This document shows, piece by piece, positions 28,287 to 38,371 of a stretch of 64,000 nucleotides of DNA. The position numbers and the translations under genes were made by a program. The notes beneath the pieces were generated by a model. The model ran no database searches, was not told the origin of the DNA, and saw nothing but the letters and a program-made list of their open reading frames with translations. The first letter of the stretch is position 1, and each line of letters starts with the position of its first letter. The DNA is from Sphingobacteriales bacterium (lineage in GTDB: Bacteria; Bacteroidota; Bacteroidia; Cytophagales; 172606-1), in assembly GCA_043789005.1 (NCBI GenBank), contig JAYWIH010000029.1:3051-67050 (forward strand), written 5' to 3'.

Positions 28287-31112
28287 ATGAAAAACCTCCT
28301 GATTCTCTGTTGTTTCCTTTGCGGCTTGCCAGCCCGCAGCCAAGTCACCACCGACCCGCAGTTCCCCACGTCCGATGCACCGGTCACCATTATCTACGAT
28401 GCCACCAAGGGTAGCGCGGGCCTGCGCAACTCGGCCACGGTGTATATGCACGCGGGAGCAATCCTGTCTAATGCCACCGGCACCAACTGGGAGAATGTGG
28501 TGGGCAACTGGGGCAAGGCCGACGGCATTGGGGCCATGACGCAAGACGCAGCCAACCCCAACCTGTGGCGCATCACCATCACGCCGCGCACCTATTTCAA
28601 GGTAGCCGCCGACAAGACGGTTTTCCGCATCGGCATGGTGTTTCGCGAGGCCGGGCCGTGCGGAGCCGCCGGGCAGGCGGCCTGCAAAGAGGCCAAAAAC
28701 GATGCGGGGCAGGATATTTTCGTGACCCTGTTTGCGTCAGGCCTGCAACTGACGTTTACCGAGCCAAAAGACACTTTCCTGCTTGTGGAACCGAACACGG
28801 TCATCAATGTGCAGGCAACCGCCTCACAAACAGCCGCCCTGACACTTTTCAATGGCAACCAATCATTGGCCCAGACCACTGGCACTGCATTGGCATTTGC
28901 CCTGAATGTGGGCGCATCGGGCAGCGGCGTGGTGCGCGTGGAAGGCACAGCCAACGCCCTGATCCGCACCGACTCGTTTGAATACTTGGTGAAAACGCCC
29001 AGCCTTACGGCGGCGGCTCCGGCGGGTGTGCGCGACGGCATTAACTACCGCAGCCCAACCAGCGTGGTTCTGCAACTGTTTGCCCCCCTGAAACAGACGG
29101 TTTACCTGATTGGCGATTTCAACGACTGGAAACCCTCGGCAGCCTACCAATTCAAACGCACCCCCGACGGAAACCGGTTCTGGATTGAATTGTCCGGCCT
29201 GGTTTCCGGGCAGGAATACGCCTTCCAGTATCTGGTGGACAACAACATCCGCGTCGGCGACCCGTATTGCGACAAAATCTTGGATCCGCTGGATAGGTTT
29301 ATACCGGCATTGAACTATCCGAACCCTAAGCCATATCCGACCGGCAAAACTTCGGGCACGGTGTCGGTGCTGCAAACCGGCCAGCCAGCCTACGCATGGC
29401 AAACAACCGGTTTCCAACGCCCGGCCAACGAAAAACTGAACGTGTACGAACTGCTGGTGCGCGATTTTGTGGGTACGCGCAGCTACAAGACCATTGCCGA
29501 CACGCTGCCGTACCTGAAACGGCTCGGCATCAATGCCATTGAACTCATGCCCGTCATGGAGTTTGCGGGCAACGACAGTTGGGGCTACAACCCGATCTAT
29601 TATTTTGCGCCGGACAAAGCCTACGGCACCAAAAATGACCTGAAAGCCTTTGTGGACAAATGCCACCAAAACGGCATCGCGGTGATTCTGGACATGGTGC
29701 TGAACCAAGCCGATTACGAGTTTCCGTACGTGAAAATGTACTGGGACACCGACAAGCCGGCTGCCAACAGCCCGTTTTTTAATCCGCAGGCCACCCACCC
29801 GTTCAGCGTGTTTTATGATTTCAACCACGAAAGCGAAGCTACCAAGGCACTCGTGGACACCGTAAACCGCTACTGGCTGCGCGAATACAAGCTCGACGGC
29901 TTCCGGTTTGACCTTTCCAAGGGATTCACGCAGAAAAACACGGGCGGCGACGTGGGTGCGTGGAGTGCCAAAGACGACAGCCGCATCGCCATCTGGAAGC
30001 GCATCCACGACCGGATTCGCCAGACCGACCCCACCGCCTACGTGATTCTGGAACACCTCGGAGCCAATGATGAGGAAAAGATACTGGCCGACTACGGCAT
30101 GATGCTCTGGGGAAACCAGCAACCCAATTACAAGGAGGCCGCGCTGGGTTATGACAACAGCAAGGCCAACCTGAACGGCAGTTCGTACAAGCAGCGCGGC
30201 TGGAACAACCCGCACTTGGTTGCCTACATGGAAAGCCACGACGAAGAACGCCTCATGGTGGAACAGTTGCTGTACGGCAATACCAACCCAGCCACCGGCT
30301 ACAATACCAAGCAACTCGCCACGGCACTGGACCGGATGAAACTGGCGGCGGCACTGTATTTTTCCATCCCCGGCCCCAAAATGCTGTGGCAGTTCGGTGA
30401 GTTGGGCTATGATGTGTCAATCAATGAAAACGGACGCACCGGAACCAAGCCGCTGAAATGGAATTACTACGCAGATGCCGACCGCCTGAAACTCTACAAG
30501 GTGTATGCCGAACTGATGAAACTGCGCGCCACCCAGCCCGCCTTCCACACCCGAGACTTCACGCTTGATGCCGATGGCAAGGCACTGAAACAAATCCAAC
30601 TCAACGACGCGGCCCTGAAAGTGACCGTTGTTGCCAACACCGATGTCAAAACCGCCGCCATCACGGCCAATTTCCAGCAGAACGGCACTTGGTACGATTA
30701 CTTCACGGGTACGGCTCTTGAAGTCACCGCCGCCAACCGCACCCTGACATTGCAGCCCGGCGAATTCCATATCTATACCACTACCAAGCTCGCCACGCCC
30801 GAAGCCGGACTGGTTCCCAACTGGGCGGGCAGCCCCACCGCCGTGGAGGATGAAGCCCTGAAACGCGCCACCACCGTGTACCCGAACCCCAACGGCGGCA
30901 CATTCCGGGTGGTCATTGAAAACGACTCGCGCGGAGCCATCCAACTGCAACTGACCGACTTGTCGGGGCGGCGGCTGCAATCGGCCACGCTCAACAAAAC
31001 CCAGCCGAACTGGCATTACGACTGGCAAACAGACCGCCTCGCCGCCGGGATATACCTGCTGGAAATAACCAGCGGAAAAGGCAAAACGGTGAAACGCGTG
31101 GTGAAGCGGTGA
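28287..31112 (+). CDS. GH13 alpha-amylase family protein with T9SS C-terminal sorting domain
   Basis: YELLVRDF, SWGYNP, DGFRFDLSKGF, ILEH and YMESHDEER; C-terminal VYPNP...GIYLLEI...KRVVKR. Confidence 0.93.
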   Translation: MKNLLILCCFLCGLPARSQVTTDPQFPTSDAPVTIIYDATKGSAGLRNSATVYMHAGAILSNATGTNWENVVGNWGKADGIGAMTQDAANPNLWRITITPRTYFKVAADKTVFRIGMVFREAGPCGAAGQAACKEAKNDAGQDIFVTLFASGLQLTFTEPKDTFLLVEPNTVINVQATASQTAALTLFNGNQSLAQTTGTALAFALNVGASGSGVVRVEGTANALIRTDSFEYLVKTPSLTAAAPAGVRDGINYRSPTSVVLQLFAPLKQTVYLIGDFNDWKPSAAYQFKRTPDGNRFWIELSGLVSGQEYAFQYLVDNNIRVGDPYCDKILDPLDRFIPALNYPNPKPYPTGKTSGTVSVLQTGQPAYAWQTTGFQRPANEKLNVYELLVRDFVGTRSYKTIADTLPYLKRLGINAIELMPVMEFAGNDSWGYNPIYYFAPDKAYGTKNDLKAFVDKCHQNGIAVILDMVLNQADYEFPYVKMYWDTDKPAANSPFFNPQATHPFSVFYDFNHESEATKALVDTVNRYWLREYKLDGFRFDLSKGFTQKNTGGDVGAWSAKDDSRIAIWKRIHDRIRQTDPTAYVILEHLGANDEEKILADYGMMLWGNQQPNYKEAALGYDNSKANLNGSSYKQRGWNNPHLVAYMESHDEERLMVEQLLYGNTNPATGYNTKQLATALDRMKLAAALYFSIPGPKMLWQFGELGYDVSINENGRTGTKPLKWNYYADADRLKLYKVYAELMKLRATQPAFHTRDFTLDADGKALKQIQLNDAALKVTVVANTDVKTAAITANFQQNGTWYDYFTGTALEVTAANRTLTLQPGEFHIYTTTKLATPEAGLVPNWAGSPTAVEDEALKRATTVYPNPNGGTFRVVIENDSRGAIQLQLTDLSGRRLQSATLNKTQPNWHYDWQTDRLAAGIYLLEITSGKGKTVKRVVKR

Positions 31113-31159
31113 CTGTTTTCGCAAACGAGTCGGGGGCAGAAAATAGTATCTTCCAAAAG

Positions 31160-31192
31160 CACCAAACCTGCCTGTGCCAAGCAGGTTTGGTG
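31160..31192 (+). terminator. Hairpin built from half of the 30-bp motif
   Basis: 12-bp stem CACCAAACCTGC / GCAGGTTTGGTG downstream of the amylase stop. Confidence 0.55.
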
Positions 31193-31590
31193 TGTCAAAA
31201 CACGGCATTGCCAATCCATGGCTGATAAACTTCGTGGCTTATCATCGGCAGTCTGCCAGTGGTTCCATCCAAACAATTGGCTGCAAAAAACACCTGCTTT
31301 GCACTTTCTCCCCAAGTGGGCTTAACCGTTTAACAGTTGGCAGAGCTGCCAATACCTTGGCCATAAGGGGTTTCTCAGGCCGGGCGAAAACAATCTGCCT
31401 TACTCGGCTGTTTCGGTGGCTGGTTTCTCGTATTGTCGGTCACTTAAAATCCGGACACTTGGTTTTCTGCGGCTTGCCCAGTATTCTGGTGTCCGAAAAG
31501 GAATAAGCCTTTTATAGGCGGTTAAAAAGTTTGGTTTCAGGATCGGATGATTTTCAGCCACAATCTTTCACAAGACCCGAACAAGTAGCG

Positions 31591-32010
31591 ATGATGGATG
31601 AAATAACCGCGTTGCTTCCCGGCCTCCTCCTTCATTCGCCGACTTACTTTCTGGCAGTCAGCAATCAGGAGGGCAGTTGTGTTTTCGCAAACGAGACTTT
31701 CAAAAAACGTTTTTCCTTTTCCACGGGCAATTTTGAGGGCATTACCTTGCAAACTGCCGTCCACCCCGACTATTTCGACCAGTGTACGCAAGCCTTGACA
31801 CATTGCTTGGCTAATCCGGAGGCCGTGGAAAGCCTGCAGATGCGCAAGACCGACAAGGCGGGTGGCGGATGGGCGCATTGGAATTTTTCGGCTTTCAGGA
31901 ACGGTAGCGGAAATATTGTCGGTGTATGTTGTATCGGGCATGACCTTGATGGCAATGAAAATAAGTACTCGCTGGTATTTAGTTTATATTATTTTCTAAA
32001 CGAAAAATGA
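31591..32010 (+). CDS. PAS-domain-only protein (possibly a truncated sensor)
   Basis: VFANETF, VHPDY, W.HWNFSAF and GVCCIGHDL suggest a PAS/PAC domain; it ends abruptly in an AT-rich tail. Confidence 0.6.
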   Translation: MMDEITALLPGLLLHSPTYFLAVSNQEGSCVFANETFKKRFSFSTGNFEGITLQTAVHPDYFDQCTQALTHCLANPEAVESLQMRKTDKAGGGWAHWNFSAFRNGSGNIVGVCCIGHDLDGNENKYSLVFSLYYFLNEK

Positions 32011-32235
32011 CTTGTAACTAACTGACAGTTAATTAATTGAATAGGTTTTTTTGCCAAAGACTAAAGACTATTTACTCATGGCTGGGCACTTATCAGCAAC
32101 ATTTTCATTGGAAACAAAGACGTTGCACTGCAACGTCTCTACGGTTGTGAATGGTAAACCGGAAACGGCAAACGTTGTTCCGGTTTGGGCCTTTCAAAAG
32201 ACACTATTTTCACTCCCCATCATTTTCCAGTTCCC

Positions 32236-33720
32236 ATGTATCTTTTAGGTTACGACATCGGCAGTTCGTTCGTCAAGGCATCGGTCATTGATGCGCAAAC
32301 CGGCGAGCTTTTGGCGGCGGCTTCGGCTCCGGCCACTGAAATGACCATGGTTTCGCACCAGCCCGGCTGGGCCGAGCAGGAACCCGAAACGTGGTGGCAG
32401 AATGCCAAGGCCGCCACGCAAATGTTGCGCCAACAGGTTGATTTGAAGCAGGTTGCCGCCATTGGCATCTCGTACCAGATGCACGGCCTGGTGGTGATGG
32501 ATAAACACCAACGCGTGCTGCGGCCCTCCATCATCTGGTGCGACAGCCGGGCGGTATCCATTGGCGAGGAGGCTTTTGCCAGCCTCGGCAAGGAAAAAAC
32601 CTTGTCGCATTTGTTCAACTCGCCGGGCAATTTCACGGCCTCCAAACTGCGCTGGGTGCAGCAAAACGAACCCGGACTGTACGAGCAGATTGACAAGTTC
32701 ATGCTACCCGGCGACTACCTGGCCTTCAGACTGACGGGCGAAGTATGCACCACGGCATCGGGTTTGTCGGAAGGAATCCTGTGGGATTTCCAAGAAGAAA
32801 AACCGGCGGGTTTGGTGCTTGATTTTTATACTATTTTGCCCGGCCTGCTGCCCGTTCTTGTGCCCACTTTCGGGCCGCAAGGATTTGTGAACCAGGCCGT
32901 TGCCGATGAATTGGGCTTGCCCGCCGGCATTCCGGTGGCTTACCGCGCCGGAGACCAGCCCAACAATGCGTTTTCGCTGAATGTGCTGGAACCGGGCGAA
33001 ATAGCGGCCACCGCCGGCACATCGGGCGTGGTGTATGGCATCACCGACCAGAAACAGTACGATCCGGCTTCGCGCGTCAATTCATTTTTGCACGTCAACC
33101 ACCAGGCCCGAAATCCGCGCTACGGCACGTTGCTGTGCGTCAATGGTACGGGCATCCTGAACAGTTGGCTGCGCAAAAATGCGGGCGGCGGCATGGAATA
33201 CGGGCAGATGAACCGGTTGGCGGCTTCCGCCCCGGTGGGTAGCGAAGGCTTGGTGACGCTGCCTTTCGGCAACGGAGCCGAACGCGTACTGGAAAACCGC
33301 CATCCGGGAGCGTCGGTGCAAAACCTGAATTTCAACACGCACACGCAGGCGCATTTGCTGCGTTCGGCGCAGGAAGGCATTGTATTTGCCCTTAATTACG
33401 GCGTGGATGTGATGAAAACGCTGGGTGTGCAACCCCGGAAAATCCGGGCGGGCGATGCCAATATGTTCCTCAGTCCGCTGTTTGGCGAGGCATTTGCCAC
33501 CATCACCGGCGCAACCGTGGAACTCTACAACACGGATGGCGCGCAGGGGGCGGCGCGGGCTGCCGGAGTGGGGGCTGGGATTTATAAAAATGCTTCCGAA
33601 GCATTCCAAAGCCTGAAAACCACGCGCATCATCGAGCCGAACATGGCCTTGAAAAGCGAATATGAAGGTGCCTATGTAAAGTGGCTGGGCTGTCTGGAAC
33701 GGATGCTGGCGGGAACCTGA
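32236..33720 (+). CDS. xylB: Xylulokinase (FGGY family)
   Basis: LGYDIGSSFVKAS, ISYQMHG, IIWCDSR, PGNFTASKLRWV, AGDQPNNA and AGTSGV. Confidence 0.88.
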   Translation: MYLLGYDIGSSFVKASVIDAQTGELLAAASAPATEMTMVSHQPGWAEQEPETWWQNAKAATQMLRQQVDLKQVAAIGISYQMHGLVVMDKHQRVLRPSIIWCDSRAVSIGEEAFASLGKEKTLSHLFNSPGNFTASKLRWVQQNEPGLYEQIDKFMLPGDYLAFRLTGEVCTTASGLSEGILWDFQEEKPAGLVLDFYTILPGLLPVLVPTFGPQGFVNQAVADELGLPAGIPVAYRAGDQPNNAFSLNVLEPGEIAATAGTSGVVYGITDQKQYDPASRVNSFLHVNHQARNPRYGTLLCVNGTGILNSWLRKNAGGGMEYGQMNRLAASAPVGSEGLVTLPFGNGAERVLENRHPGASVQNLNFNTHTQAHLLRSAQEGIVFALNYGVDVMKTLGVQPRKIRAGDANMFLSPLFGEAFATITGATVELYNTDGAQGAARAAGVGAGIYKNASEAFQSLKTTRIIEPNMALKSEYEGAYVKWLGCLERMLAGT

Positions 33721-33754
33721 CCCGAACCTTTTCTGTCCGGGAAACCGAAAACAG

Positions 33755-33775
33755 CCTGCCTGCCGGACAGGCAGG
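33755..33775. repeat. 21-bp mini-palindrome CCTGCCTGCCGGACAGGCAGG inserted in a 30-bp motif copy
   Basis: Removing it restores AAAACAGTATCTTTCAAAACCGTGAAACCC, exactly 30 bp. Confidence 0.8.
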
Positions 33776-34039
33776 TATCTTTCAAAACCGTGAAACCCGC
33801 CATCCGGAAAAGCATTGGCGCAACCGGAACGCTTGTGCCGGTTTGTGGTGCGGCTGGCCCACCCTGAACCGAAATAGTATCTTCCGGGAGGCCCAAACCC
33901 GGTTTCCCCCGCTGGCGACCGGCATTTTCACTCTGCAGGTTGCCGACAAGCACGTACCGCCGCCCATCTTTACAACGGAACAATATTTTTTGGATTATCT
34001 TTACCACCCAACAAAACCACCCCCAACCGTACAAAAACC

Positions 34040-36613
34040 ATGAGCGAACAGTATCAGAATGCGGTAGTGACCAAATACAATATTTTCAATAGCCTGTTTT
34101 TGAGCCTGCCGTTCCGCCATATTTTCCGCACCGGCACGCTGCTACCTTTGCTTACGCAGCAAAGCGAGGAAGGTTTGGCGGCGGGCAAGAGCCCCCGGCA
34201 GATCATGGAGCATTTTTTTGGCGAGTTGCTTGAGGATGCCACCGAACCTGAACGCGTGGACTTGCTTTTCAATCTCATTCAATACATTGAGCGTCAGGTG
34301 GTTTTATTCGATTCGGTGGAGGATGCCGCCTTTGACCAGACCCACCAGTGGAACGGCAAAGGCTCCATTGCCCACCTGCTCACCCGCATTGAGGGCGATG
34401 CGATGCGCCAGAAACTGCTCGACAAATTGTCCGGATATTGTGTGCGCATTGTGCTTACGGCCCACCCGACGCAGTTTTATCCCGGCAAGGTGCTCACCAT
34501 CATCAACGACCTGGAACACGCCATCCGCGACAACGACTTCACTGAAATCAATAATTTGCTGCTGCAACTCGGCAAGACGGGCTTCATCAACCAAGCCAAA
34601 CCCACGCCTTACGACGAGGCCGTGAGCTTGTGCTGGTTTCTGGAAAGCGTGTTTTACCACGCCGTGCCCGCCATTCTGCTGCGCCTGATCCGGGGCCTGA
34701 AAGCCAGCGTACACGACTGGCCACACAACCAACTGATACGGCTGGGTTTCTGGCCGGGCGGCGACCGCGACGGTAACCCGTTTGTAACGCCCGAAACCAC
34801 GCTGCAAGTGGCCGATTTGCTGAAACGCACGCTTTTGCGCTGTTACTACCGCGATATGCGCAAACTCAAACGCCGCCTCACCTTCGATGGTGTGGAAGCC
34901 TGCATTGCCCGCGCCGAACGCTACCTGAACAACACGCTCTACCATCCGGACGAGGCTAAGTACGACACTGCCGACCAACTGCTGGCCGACCTGCTGGAAG
35001 CGCGGACAATCCTGGCGCAGCAGCACGACAGCCTGTTCGTGGATTTGTTGGACGGCTTCATTTTCAAGGTGCGGCTGTTCGGTTTTCACTTTGCCACGCT
35101 CGACATCCGGCAGGACAGCCGCAAGCATACGCAAGCCTGGGAGGAAATGCTGGGCCACGCGGAAAAACAGCATCCGGGTTTTTCGCTTGCCGAATACAAC
35201 CGCTGGGACGAAGCGAAAAAAATGGATTCCCTGCTGTCGCTGCCGCTGGATTTGAAAGAGGAAAACTTCCGTGACGAAACCACCAAGGACATCATTGGTT
35301 CGGTGCGGGCCATCCGCCACATCCAGGAAAGCAACGGGCGGGCGGGCTGCCACCGATACGTGATCAGCAACTGCCAGAGTGCGCTGAACGTGATGCAAGT
35401 ACTGGCTTTGGTCAGGCACGTACACCAAACGGCGAATGTGCCTGTGGATGTGGTGCCGCTCTTTGAAACCGTGGACGACCTTGCCAACGCACCCGGCATC
35501 ATGGAAACGCTCTACCGCCACCCGCAATACCGCCAGCACCTAAGCCAACAAGCTGACCAGCAGACAATTATGGTCGGCTTTTCGGATGGCACCAAAGATG
35601 GCGGCTACTTGCGTGCCAACTGGTCCATTTACCGGGCCAAAGAGGCATTGACCACGCTTTCGCGGCAGTACGGCGTGAAGGTCACCTTTTTCGATGGCCG
35701 TGGCGGCCCTCCCGGACGCGGCGGCGGCAACAACCACAATTTCTACGCGTCGCTGGGCAAGGAAATCGAGGACAAGGAAATCCAGCTTACGGTGCAGGGC
35801 CAGACCATCAGTTCCAATTACGGCACGGTTTCAACGGCGATGTACAACCTGGGGCGGCTTTTCACGGCGGGCCTGGAAAACCACCTGTTCGAGAACCAGC
35901 GTCATGAACTGACGGATGCGGACAAGAACCTGCTCGAGGAAATGGCCGAGGCGGCTTACCAATCGTATCTGGGCCTGAAAAACCACCCGGCATTTGTGCC
36001 CTACCTCGACAAGATGACCCCGCTGCGTTTCTACGGGCAGACCAACATCGGCAGCCGCCCCACCAAACGCGGGGCCAAGGACGAAGGGTTGAAATTCGAG
36101 GATTTGCGCGCCATCCCGTTTGTGGGTTCGTGGGCGCAGATGAAACAGAACGTGCCGGGCTTCTACGGTTTCGGCGCGGCCATCGGGCAGTTGCAGCAGC
36201 AGGGCAAAGGCGAGGCAATCCGCAACCTGTACCAGCATTCGCTGTTTTTCCGCACGCTGGTCGAAAACTCCATGCAGTCGCTTTCCAAATCGAACTACGC
36301 CGCCACGCAGTATCTGCGCGACAACCCGGCCTACAATGAACTGTGGCAGATGATGCACACCGAATTCCAGCGCACCCAACGCCTGCTGCTCGAGGTGTCG
36401 GGCAGCGAAACGCTGCTGGAAAGCAACCCGGTCACGCAGCAATCCATTGCCATCCGCGAACGCATCGTGCTGCCGCTGATTGTGATCCAGCAATACGCCC
36501 TGCAAATGCTGAATACCGAGGAAATCGGGCAGACCGACCGCGCCGAAGCCTACAACAAACTGGTGATGCGGGCCATGTTCGGCATCATCAACGCGGCGCG
36601 TAATTCGGCCTGA
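34040..36613 (+). CDS. ppc: Phosphoenolpyruvate carboxylase
   Basis: VLTAHPT, WPGGDRDGNPFVT, LDIRQDS, VPLFET, MVGFSDGTKDGG, FDGRGG..GRGG and LRAIPFV. Confidence 0.96.
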   Translation: MSEQYQNAVVTKYNIFNSLFLSLPFRHIFRTGTLLPLLTQQSEEGLAAGKSPRQIMEHFFGELLEDATEPERVDLLFNLIQYIERQVVLFDSVEDAAFDQTHQWNGKGSIAHLLTRIEGDAMRQKLLDKLSGYCVRIVLTAHPTQFYPGKVLTIINDLEHAIRDNDFTEINNLLLQLGKTGFINQAKPTPYDEAVSLCWFLESVFYHAVPAILLRLIRGLKASVHDWPHNQLIRLGFWPGGDRDGNPFVTPETTLQVADLLKRTLLRCYYRDMRKLKRRLTFDGVEACIARAERYLNNTLYHPDEAKYDTADQLLADLLEARTILAQQHDSLFVDLLDGFIFKVRLFGFHFATLDIRQDSRKHTQAWEEMLGHAEKQHPGFSLAEYNRWDEAKKMDSLLSLPLDLKEENFRDETTKDIIGSVRAIRHIQESNGRAGCHRYVISNCQSALNVMQVLALVRHVHQTANVPVDVVPLFETVDDLANAPGIMETLYRHPQYRQHLSQQADQQTIMVGFSDGTKDGGYLRANWSIYRAKEALTTLSRQYGVKVTFFDGRGGPPGRGGGNNHNFYASLGKEIEDKEIQLTVQGQTISSNYGTVSTAMYNLGRLFTAGLENHLFENQRHELTDADKNLLEEMAEAAYQSYLGLKNHPAFVPYLDKMTPLRFYGQTNIGSRPTKRGAKDEGLKFEDLRAIPFVGSWAQMKQNVPGFYGFGAAIGQLQQQGKGEAIRNLYQHSLFFRTLVENSMQSLSKSNYAATQYLRDNPAYNELWQMMHTEFQRTQRLLLEVSGSETLLESNPVTQQSIAIRERIVLPLIVIQQYALQMLNTEEIGQTDRAEAYNKLVMRAMFGIINAARNSA

Positions 36614-36742
36614 AAGCCTTGTTCAACAAGGCGGGTTTGGGCTTTTGGGAAGATACTATTTCAGGACTTGACCCACATAGGTTGTGGGTGAAAAACACCA
36701 ACAACGGCAGAGACATATGAATACCCACTATACAACCTTAAT

Positions 36743-37057
36743 ATGAAAAAGCTAATAATATTGTTAGTTATTATTGTTGGCATAGGCTCCTTAGTAGGAT
36801 ATATTATTTATGACGGTAAGTTTAGTAAAGAGGCAGCGATGGGAGAAAAAAATATAGATAATATTAGAAGAGTGAAATTAGGAATGGATACTGCTACAGT
36901 AGTTAGAATAATGGGGAAACCGATAGAAAGAAGAGAGTTTAAAAGTGAAATTTTTTATGATTATGAGGTTCCGCCTGGCAGTTCATTCCAATGCCAGATT
37001 ATATTTAATAGCAATAGGCAAGTGATTTATACCTCACCTATTCCTAACAACCAATAA
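36743..37057 (+). CDS. Low-GC hypothetical protein (SmpA/OmlA-like domain)
   Basis: N-terminal transmembrane segment and a VKLGMD..V..IMGKP motif; strongly AT-rich with AGA/ATA codons. Confidence 0.6.
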   Translation: MKKLIILLVIIVGIGSLVGYIIYDGKFSKEAAMGEKNIDNIRRVKLGMDTATVVRIMGKPIERREFKSEIFYDYEVPPGSSFQCQIIFNSNRQVIYTSPIPNNQ

Positions 37058-37151
37058 AGTAAGAAAGCCTGCTTAATTATCAGGTTTCCAAAGTCCAAAT
37101 GGGGATAATAGTGTTTATTGGGATTCTGACCTTTGAATTCCGAATTGATTT

Positions 37152-38219
37152 TCAGTCTTCCAGGATGTTGTTCATGAACGTGCATTTCGAGGCCATCCAC
37201 GCCACAAGGCACATCAACGCCCAGCGCAGGTAGATTTGGTAAAAATCCTCGGTGTCCTTGTAGCGGGTTTCCACCACCGGGGCTTTTTCGTAGCGGTCAA
37301 TCTGCTTGAAGATGTTTTGCAGCGCATTGGCGTTGGAAGCCCGGTAGAAACGGCCCTCGCCAATCCGGGCAATCTGCCGCATGATTGTCTCGTCCACCGT
37401 GTTGTCCTGCGCAAAAACCCGTCCCTGCGCATTCACGGCCTGCACCAGTCCCTCGCGCCCCACCAGTATCGTGTAGAGTTTGATTTGATTGGCCTTTGCC
37501 AGCCGCGCTGCTGTGAGCGGGTCTATGTTGCCCGCCGCACTCTCGCCGTCGCTGATGATGATGGCGACCTTGGATTTCGATTTCGATTCGCGCATCCGGT
37601 TGATGGTCACGGCGATGGCCGAACCCAATGCCGTTTCGGGATTCTGGATCATGCCGTAATTCACCTCGCGCATCAGTTCGGTGAGCAGCGCGTAATCGGT
37701 GGTGAGCGGGGCTAACGAATAGGCATCGCCGGCAAACACCACCACGCCGATGCGATCCTGAAAGCGGCTGTTGATGAAATTGCGCGCCAGCCGTTTGGCG
37801 GCCTCCAAGCGGTTGGGCTTGAAATCCAAGGCCAGCATGGAACGCGATACATCAAGCACCAGCATGATGTCGATGCCGGTGGATGAAAGTTCCACGCGCT
37901 GGTTTACGCGCTGCGGCCGCGCCAGCGCCACCAGCAGCAACGCCACGGCAAGCCCGGCCAACACATCGGGCACAAAGCGCAAAAAGGCCGTCAGCGACCA
38001 GCCGATGGCGCGGCCGGGCAGCGACAGGCTCAGTTTCTGGCGGAAACGGACAAACAGCAGCCAGCGCACCACAAAAAGCAGCGGTATCACCGGCAGGCCG
38101 TACAAAAAAAGCCGCTGGCCCCACGAAAAGCCACGCAGGGTTTCGGGTTCAAACCAGGAAAGTGAATACCATTCCAATGCAGGTTTTGGGGTTCGGGGTT
38201 CGCAATTTTGTGTGGACAA
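37152..38219 (-). CDS. VWA-domain protein (BatA-like)
   Basis: VALARPQ, MIDAS motif DVSRSM, PNRLEAAK, DRIGVVVFAG and ISDGE. Confidence 0.9.
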   Translation of the reverse strand: MSTQNCEPRTPKPALEWYSLSWFEPETLRGFSWGQRLFLYGLPVIPLLFVVRWLLFVRFRQKLSLSLPGRAIGWSLTAFLRFVPDVLAGLAVALLLVALARPQRVNQRVELSSTGIDIMLVLDVSRSMLALDFKPNRLEAAKRLARNFINSRFQDRIGVVVFAGDAYSLAPLTTDYALLTELMREVNYGMIQNPETALGSAIAVTINRMRESKSKSKVAIIISDGESAAGNIDPLTAARLAKANQIKLYTILVGREGLVQAVNAQGRVFAQDNTVDETIMRQIARIGEGRFYRASNANALQNIFKQIDRYEKAPVVETRYKDTEDFYQIYLRWALMCLVAWMASKCTFMNNILED

Positions 38220-38371
38220 TAAAATCTATCTTTGTGCCAAATTTAATGCAGTATTTACAAGAAAGTAATGGTCTGGCAAAATAGTATCTTTCAAAAAGGC
38301 CAAACCCCGGTCGGGAATGCGGAATTTGGAATGGCGAATTCCCAATTCCGCATTCCTAATTCCAAAGCCCC

